Shown: in pieces, positions 58,475-64,000 of the stretch
How the letters are laid out: the number at the start of each line of letters is the position of its first letter
Position numbering within the stretch: position 1 is the stretch's first letter
Origin: Candidatus Woesearchaeota archaeon
GTDB lineage: Archaea > Nanobdellota > Nanobdellia > Woesearchaeales > UBA583
DNA length: 64,000 bases
Direction: 5' to 3'
Assembly (NCBI GenBank): GCA_965205335.1
Contig: OZ242164.1
Location: 352,001-416,000, forward strand
The notes under the pieces: model-generated
What the model saw: only the letters and a program-made list of their open reading frames with translations
The model's database searches: none
What the model was told of the DNA's origin: nothing
Position numbers and translations under genes: made by a program

Positions 58475-58993
58475 ATGGAAATAGAAGAAAACAAAATCGT
58501 AAGCATTCATTACAAAGGCACACTAAAAGACAAATCAGTATTTGACTCATGCGAAGGCAGAGAACCCCTATCTTTTCTGTTCGGCAGTGGAATGATTATT
58601 CCAGGACTTGAAGAAGAACTAAAAGGATTAAAAAAAGGGGATAAAAAGAATATTGATGTAGGTTTTGATAAAGCATATGGACCAAGAATGGAAGAAGCCA
58701 AGCATGAAGTCCCAAAAGACCAATTCCCTCAAGAAATCAAACTAAAAGTAGGCATGCAACTTGCAGCTCAAAGCCCAAACGGAACTATTCCAGTAACCAT
58801 TGCAGAAATTAAAGATGATAAAATTGTTGTAGACTTTAACCATCCCCTTGCAGGAAAAGACTTAAACTTTGACATTGAAGTAGTTGATGTTCGCGAAGCA
58901 ACCAAAGAAGAATTAGAACACAAACACGCACATGGAAAAGACGGAGTAAACCATTCCTCAAATAAAGAAGATAAAAATCCAAAAAATAAATAA
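58475..58993 (+). CDS. slyD: FKBP-type peptidyl-prolyl isomerase (SlyD-like)
   Basis: VSIHYKGTL, FDS, IIPGLEE, AYG, VDFNHPLAGKDLNF, VREAT.EEL.H.H.H. Confidence 0.93.
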   Translation: MEIEENKIVSIHYKGTLKDKSVFDSCEGREPLSFLFGSGMIIPGLEEELKGLKKGDKKNIDVGFDKAYGPRMEEAKHEVPKDQFPQEIKLKVGMQLAAQSPNGTIPVTIAEIKDDKIVVDFNHPLAGKDLNFDIEVVDVREATKEELEHKHAHGKDGVNHSSNKEDKNPKNK

Positions 58994-59053
58994 TGTTTAT
59001 TATCCCAAAGCCTTTTCTCCAACATAAGGATAACCTTCAACAACACTTATTCC

Positions 59054-59190
59054 CTACTTTCCTTTATTGCAATAACCACTATTTCGCATTCTTTGGTTTA
59101 TTGAACCATCTTTATTTGACATATTACCAACTTGTCTCCCAAACTTATCTCTTGTAATAGGAATTCAACTATAAATTTGCTGCTATTTAA
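59054..59190 (-). pseudogene. Possible relic of a small SNase/thermonuclease gene
   Basis: IPITRDKFGRQVG...DGS followed by frameshifted INQRMRNSGYCNKGK*, resembling the DKYGR...VN..M...GY motifs. Confidence 0.4.
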
Positions 59191-59268
59191 CATCAAAATC
59201 ATACTAATATGTGTTATTTATATGAAAAACATAGAAAAATATATAAATAACCTAATTATTTCATTATT

Positions 59269-60417
59269 ATGGGTAGGGGTTCTACTAAGATTCTTATAAA
59301 AAAAATTATTGAATGCTTAACAGAAGGACCAAAAACAATTTCTGAAATAGTCAGATCTACAGAACTTGATAGAACCGCTGTTGGAAAATATCTCAATCTT
59401 CTCAAAGAGAGTGGACTTTTAAATGAAGAAGGACAAAAAACAAGCAAGGTATATTCTCTTGTGAAAACATTTAAAACCGATACTTATTTCGGACTGCCCT
59501 TAGATAAAGAAACCAACGAAAAAGTAGAATCTATATACTACTTCATAAAACAAGAATACGAGAAAAAAATAGGAAGAAAACTCCTAAAAACAACTGCTCA
59601 GAAAATTATGTATAAGATAATCAAGCAATGCAACTTAAACATTCCATCTGGGTGGTATATCTATGGGGGAATTTGCATAAAACCATATGATTATGATTTT
59701 AATTACAATTATTTTGGACTTGATGAAAACATCATCTCATGCATTAAAACAACAACAGAAGAATTTTCACACCATAACAAAGAATATAAAAGTAAACAAT
59801 ACCAATACAAAGAAGCTAAAAAGGAACTCTATATATTAAAAGAAGAAATTCTCGCCCTTCTCTACTCTAAAAACTTCTCAAAGAACTCCTTTTACATATT
59901 CCAGAAAAAATACTTAAAATTTATCCATTCTATACCTTTAAGTAATAGTTCATATATGCATCTAACTATGGAATATCAGACATTGCTTATTGACATCATA
60001 AAATACTGGGATGATTTTATCTCAGAAAAGGATGATGTTTCATTTACGAAATTCAAGCAGATACTAATATCATCTTTCGAGAGTCTATGGAAACTAATTG
60101 CACTATTCAATTTTAAAAAGGATTTATTAGAGAATGGATATTATACGCAAAGTGTCTTGGATGAATATTTTAAATTGGACATTAAACAAGCCAAAGAAGA
60201 ACTAATTGAAATTGGTTCACAAATAAATGAGATGATTCCTTTTGAAGACTTAGATGATCCAAATTATAAAAAAATAAAAGATGCCTTAAATGAAGCAAAT
60301 AAACCTGTATCTGAAGAAGAATTAAAAAAGCAGAAAGAAGAACTTAACAAAATAAAAGAAGAAAAGAGTTTGAGTGCATACAATAAAGAACTTTTCAAAA
60401 GAGTTGGTTTAGATTAA
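59269..60417 (+). CDS. Winged-HTH protein with possible SocA/DUF4065-like central domain
   Basis: GPKTISEI...LDRTAVGKYLNLL..SGLL HTH; KTTAQKIMY...GWYIYG weakly like DUF4065. Confidence 0.55.
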   Translation: MGRGSTKILIKKIIECLTEGPKTISEIVRSTELDRTAVGKYLNLLKESGLLNEEGQKTSKVYSLVKTFKTDTYFGLPLDKETNEKVESIYYFIKQEYEKKIGRKLLKTTAQKIMYKIIKQCNLNIPSGWYIYGGICIKPYDYDFNYNYFGLDENIISCIKTTTEEFSHHNKEYKSKQYQYKEAKKELYILKEEILALLYSKNFSKNSFYIFQKKYLKFIHSIPLSNSSYMHLTMEYQTLLIDIIKYWDDFISEKDDVSFTKFKQILISSFESLWKLIALFNFKKDLLENGYYTQSVLDEYFKLDIKQAKEELIEIGSQINEMIPFEDLDDPNYKKIKDALNEANKPVSEEELKKQKEELNKIKEEKSLSAYNKELFKRVGLD

Positions 60418-60852
60418 TTCCTCAGGTTTTACTATACATATTCTATCTCTGAAATGGAGAAAACCTTTGATATCTCTTGTAACAATGTAATCTGCACCTG
60501 ACTTTAGAGCAAGCATTCCATGTAATTCATCCTGAAAATGCTCAGGATTTTCCTTCTTTGCCCTGCTAATATCCTCTTCTGTATGCTCAATCTTTATAAT
60601 CTTTTTTTTTAGCATTCCTATAAAAGTTCCAACATTCTCTAATTTCCTCAAATAATTTAACTCTTGCAAAGTCCATGAAGAAATAATTAATTCATACTTA
60701 CAAGATAATGCCTCAAAAAAGAGACGTACTGAAGGTCTACTTATATCCTTCCCATAAAGATTCCTAGAATTCTCAATGGCATAGACTATTATATTCGTAT
60801 CAATATACAGTTTCTTTGTCACTTTTCTTATCATTCCTAAGTCCTTTCGCAA
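60409..60852 (-). CDS. PIN-domain (VapC-like) nuclease
   Basis: LYIDTNII, QEL, DELH, YIVTRD.KGF. Confidence 0.85.
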   Translation of the reverse strand: MRKDLGMIRKVTKKLYIDTNIIVYAIENSRNLYGKDISRPSVRLFFEALSCKYELIISSWTLQELNYLRKLENVGTFIGMLKKKIIKIEHTEEDISRAKKENPEHFQDELHGMLALKSGADYIVTRDIKGFLHFRDRICIVKPEELI

Positions 60853-60969
60853 ACTAATATACTAAAACAACTATGCTTTTAAGATAACATTTGATTTTTT
60901 AATAGATGTTACTACTAATTATTACAACAAAACATTAACTTTATAAATACAGGAATCATATAAATAATA

Positions 60970-62370
60970 TTGAACATGACAAACCCTCAATTCACACACA
61001 ACGAAAACCTTGAAGCAATGTTAAAAAGAGATATGTATTCCATATCAGACACCGAAGCTGCAGAAGAAATCTTATATGCTCCAGATTTCCATGGAGATTA
61101 CAAAGGCTTAAAACAAGGACTTAACGAACTAAGAGATAGAAACGAAGGAAAAAGAGTATACCTTGCCCTATCAGACATCAGCGAATACAAAGAAAGACTA
61201 GAATTATACAAAAAATTTGGAGTAATGGATGATACTTCATTAGAAATTAACCTTATTTCTTCCCAATTAGACAATGACGAAGAAAGAGATATATACGGAT
61301 ATATGAAGACAATTGAACACTATGGAGGAATTGACAATTACCTATCAATGGTTTCCCAAAGGAAGGGAATCTCCTTAGATGCCAAACTGCAAAAAGAAAA
61401 CCATGAAAAAGCAGTAAGAAGATACAAGGAATTAGGACTTGAAGACAGAACAGAAGAGATAATGAAAACAAACTCTGATGAAATAAACAAACACAAAAAA
61501 TTTAACAATCTCAGAAACCAAATCATTGAAGGAGCAATTCTAAAATATGAGGGTGACAAATTAATGGATTTCATCAATTATGCAAACGAAGGAGAAGGCG
61601 AAACAGTATTTATACTTGGAGGAGGAAACCACGACTCAACCTCATTAATTGACTACATCAGAAATAACACAGAAAATGGTGACAAATTAGTTCATAACAT
61701 AAATAACATTGCAGGAGCAATAAAATTAGGCGAAGAAGACAACCAATACAGATTCCAGTTATCAGGAAATGTAGCAGGAATTAGCCACCATGCCCACAAC
61801 ATATTAAATTTCACAGAAGAAGACTACATGCGAGAATTTCCTCATATGACGGAAGATATTGGTTATTTTGCAGAAAACTTTGACTTTAGCCAAAAAGATA
61901 GAATACCAAAAGAAGCAATTGAAAACAGTATTGAATATCTAAGACTAACAAACGGAGGATTAGAAGATACATTATTGCACAGACTCTTACTGCATATGGA
62001 ATTTGAAGGGAAAAATGGTCCTATGAAATATGAAGACAAAGAGCAGACATATCCAAGATTAGACCACTTGGGAGTATTATACTTTGCTGACAACTACTTA
62101 TTAAAAGATGAAAACGGCTATTCCCAAATTGATAGCGGACATATACACTCACGCGCATCAAAAACTGACGATGAACTAATGCAGAACAAATCAAGAGCCC
62201 ACATATCAATTCTTGGAAAAAATAACAGAAACATGTTAGACATCAACCCAACTCCATTAGAATACAACTTAGATGAAATAGCAGAAATGGTGCAATATCA
62301 ATTAAACAAACTAAGCAAAGTCGCAAATGATGAAAACTACGAATACGAAGAACTACCTAAGGCGGCATAA
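60970..62370 (+). CDS. Divergent calcineurin-like metallophosphoesterase with a large helical insert and SsrA-tag-like C-terminus
   Basis: Ordered motifs PDFHG, LSD, GGNHD, LLLH, SGHIH; ends VANDENYEYEELPKAA. Confidence 0.6.
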   Translation: MNMTNPQFTHNENLEAMLKRDMYSISDTEAAEEILYAPDFHGDYKGLKQGLNELRDRNEGKRVYLALSDISEYKERLELYKKFGVMDDTSLEINLISSQLDNDEERDIYGYMKTIEHYGGIDNYLSMVSQRKGISLDAKLQKENHEKAVRRYKELGLEDRTEEIMKTNSDEINKHKKFNNLRNQIIEGAILKYEGDKLMDFINYANEGEGETVFILGGGNHDSTSLIDYIRNNTENGDKLVHNINNIAGAIKLGEEDNQYRFQLSGNVAGISHHAHNILNFTEEDYMREFPHMTEDIGYFAENFDFSQKDRIPKEAIENSIEYLRLTNGGLEDTLLHRLLLHMEFEGKNGPMKYEDKEQTYPRLDHLGVLYFADNYLLKDENGYSQIDSGHIHSRASKTDDELMQNKSRAHISILGKNNRNMLDINPTPLEYNLDEIAEMVQYQLNKLSKVANDENYEYEELPKAA

Positions 62371-62401
62371 ATTTATTAAATAACTTTCTCTATTCTATTT
62401 A

Positions 62402-62863
62402 ATGAAAGAAAAATTTGAAGCATTTTCAATAAAAAACTCAATTGAAAAAATACCTAAAATTGAATTTAACGAAATCCTAAAAGATCCTAATCCCTTAATC
62501 TTAGACACAAACTTTCTATTCATAGCATTTGAGCAAAAAATTGATTTAATAAGCGAAATTGAAAGAATAATCGGCTCAAACTTTACGCTATACATCTATG
62601 AAGGAACTATAAATGAACTAATCTCAATAGAAAGCAAAAAAACCAAAAACAAAAAACTAATCCCACTCATTGCAAAAATGCTTAAAATCTACAGATTTAA
62701 AATAATCACATCAAAACAAAAATACATAGACAAGCAAATTCTTGAAAACCTAAATGACAAAGTAATCATCGCAACAAACGACAAAAAACTAAGAACAAAA
62801 ATCCGGTCAGAGAAAAAAAGAGTAATCTACATGAGACAAAAGAAATACCTTGAACTCAAATAA
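62402..62863 (+). CDS. Fcf1/Utp24-like archaeal PIN-domain protein
   Basis: ILDTNFL, TINEL, YID, IATNDKKL, YMRQKKYL. Confidence 0.85.
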   Translation: MKEKFEAFSIKNSIEKIPKIEFNEILKDPNPLILDTNFLFIAFEQKIDLISEIERIIGSNFTLYIYEGTINELISIESKKTKNKKLIPLIAKMLKIYRFKIITSKQKYIDKQILENLNDKVIIATNDKKLRTKIRSEKKRVIYMRQKKYLELK

Positions 62864-62897
62864 AAAATATAAAACTCCCTTCACCTCAAATTCCCGC

Positions 62898-63869
62898 TTA
62901 ATACCCCTTCTCTTTATCAACAGAGGTAGGAAGTTCCTTGTTATTAACAAAACACTCTAAATTCTTAAAAAAAATGTCTGCCGCTCTATCCATATACTTA
63001 GGAGTTAGCCCAGCAGTATGAGGTGTAATAAGAACATTATCCAAATTCCAAAGTTCACTATCTTCTGACAAAGGCTCACTCTCAAAAACATCCAACCCCG
63101 CTCCTCCTATCTCTTTTTCCTTTAACGCAGTTACAAGAGCCTTCTCATCAATAACAGAACCTCTGCCAATATTAAGAATAAAAGCAGAATCTTTCATCAA
63201 CGAAAACTGCTCTCTTCCAAACATATGATACGTTTGCTTCGTCAGAGGAACAGTTATAACAACATAATCTGCCAAATGTAATACATCATTTAACTCCGAT
63301 GCACTATAAACTCTGCAAACATCATTATCACTATCAGAAACATTTGACTTTACAGCAAACACATCCATTCCCAAGCACTTAAAAACCTCCACCATCCTCT
63401 TTCCAATATTACCCAATCCAACAATTAAAACTGACTTTCCATAAAGTTCTCCGGGATTTTTAACTAAAATCTCCTTACCAACCCAACTCTTTTGTAACTT
63501 CCCTTTTAAAGCAACATCAAGCCTTCTCTCATACATAAGCATTAAACCTAAAACTTGTTCCGTAATTTGAATACTATGAAGACCTTTTGAATTTGAAAGA
63601 AGAACCTCCCTATCCCTAACCACCAGAAGAATTTTCTCAACTCCAGCAGAAATAGAATGAATCCACTTTAAATTATCCCTTACCCACTCAGACTTAAATC
63701 TGCCATTAACACTTACCAAAACATCAACAGACTCAATCAAATTATTAAACTCATCATCACTATTTGCAATACTTACATCAGCAAGAGAACTAAACTTTCT
63801 TATATGCTCCTTAGTAAAACTAAAACCCTTAGGAACATAAATCAACACTTTAATCAAATGCCCTCCCAT
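62898..63869 (-). CDS. D-2-hydroxyacid dehydrogenase family protein
   Basis: WIHSISAGVE, IVGLGNIG, VPLT..T, LNIGRG, AGLDVFE.EPL, ITPHTAG. Confidence 0.92.
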   Translation of the reverse strand: MGGHLIKVLIYVPKGFSFTKEHIRKFSSLADVSIANSDDEFNNLIESVDVLVSVNGRFKSEWVRDNLKWIHSISAGVEKILLVVRDREVLLSNSKGLHSIQITEQVLGLMLMYERRLDVALKGKLQKSWVGKEILVKNPGELYGKSVLIVGLGNIGKRMVEVFKCLGMDVFAVKSNVSDSDNDVCRVYSASELNDVLHLADYVVITVPLTKQTYHMFGREQFSLMKDSAFILNIGRGSVIDEKALVTALKEKEIGGAGLDVFESEPLSEDSELWNLDNVLITPHTAGLTPKYMDRAADIFFKNLECFVNNKELPTSVDKEKGY

Positions 63870-64000
63870 ACAAAAGAAAATTCAACAAAATTTAAAAAAC
63901 TTTCATTAACACCATCCAATAATCTAGCACAACAACATACAGAACAATCTCTATCGTCCAATACTTAAAATACAGAAACCGCTTAGAAACAGTTTAATTA

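Overview
AT-rich archaeal window, most consistent with a DPANN lineage (Woesearchaeota/Nanobdellota-like; inference from ABCE1, eL42, SRP54, two-part Dph2, an intron-containing tRNA-Ile(UAU), a class III pilin-type signal peptide, PGF-pre-PGF domains and TATA boxes just upstream of start codons). About half of the window is three paralogous giant cadherin-repeat surface proteins (5178, 1949 and 3195 aa). They share a PGF-pre-PGF plus polytopic membrane anchor, and each is preceded by DNA-ligase 3'-end sequence, which points to serial duplication. The largest lies behind an orphan signal-peptide uORF that ends in a G17 tract. The remainder holds a defence fringe (type I HsdM, an RNase H-like/HEPN fusion), two amino-acid ABC operons (liv, aap) whose unrelated binding proteins share one promoter-plus-lipoprotein-leader cassette abutting IS6-type ends, a GC-richer type II glutamine synthetase followed by an orphan Cas12a-type (V-A) mini CRISPR array, several TA-like modules and gene relics, and a phosphoesterase ending in a bacterial SsrA-tag-like peptide. 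All calls come from reading the sequence by eye; no database searches were run.
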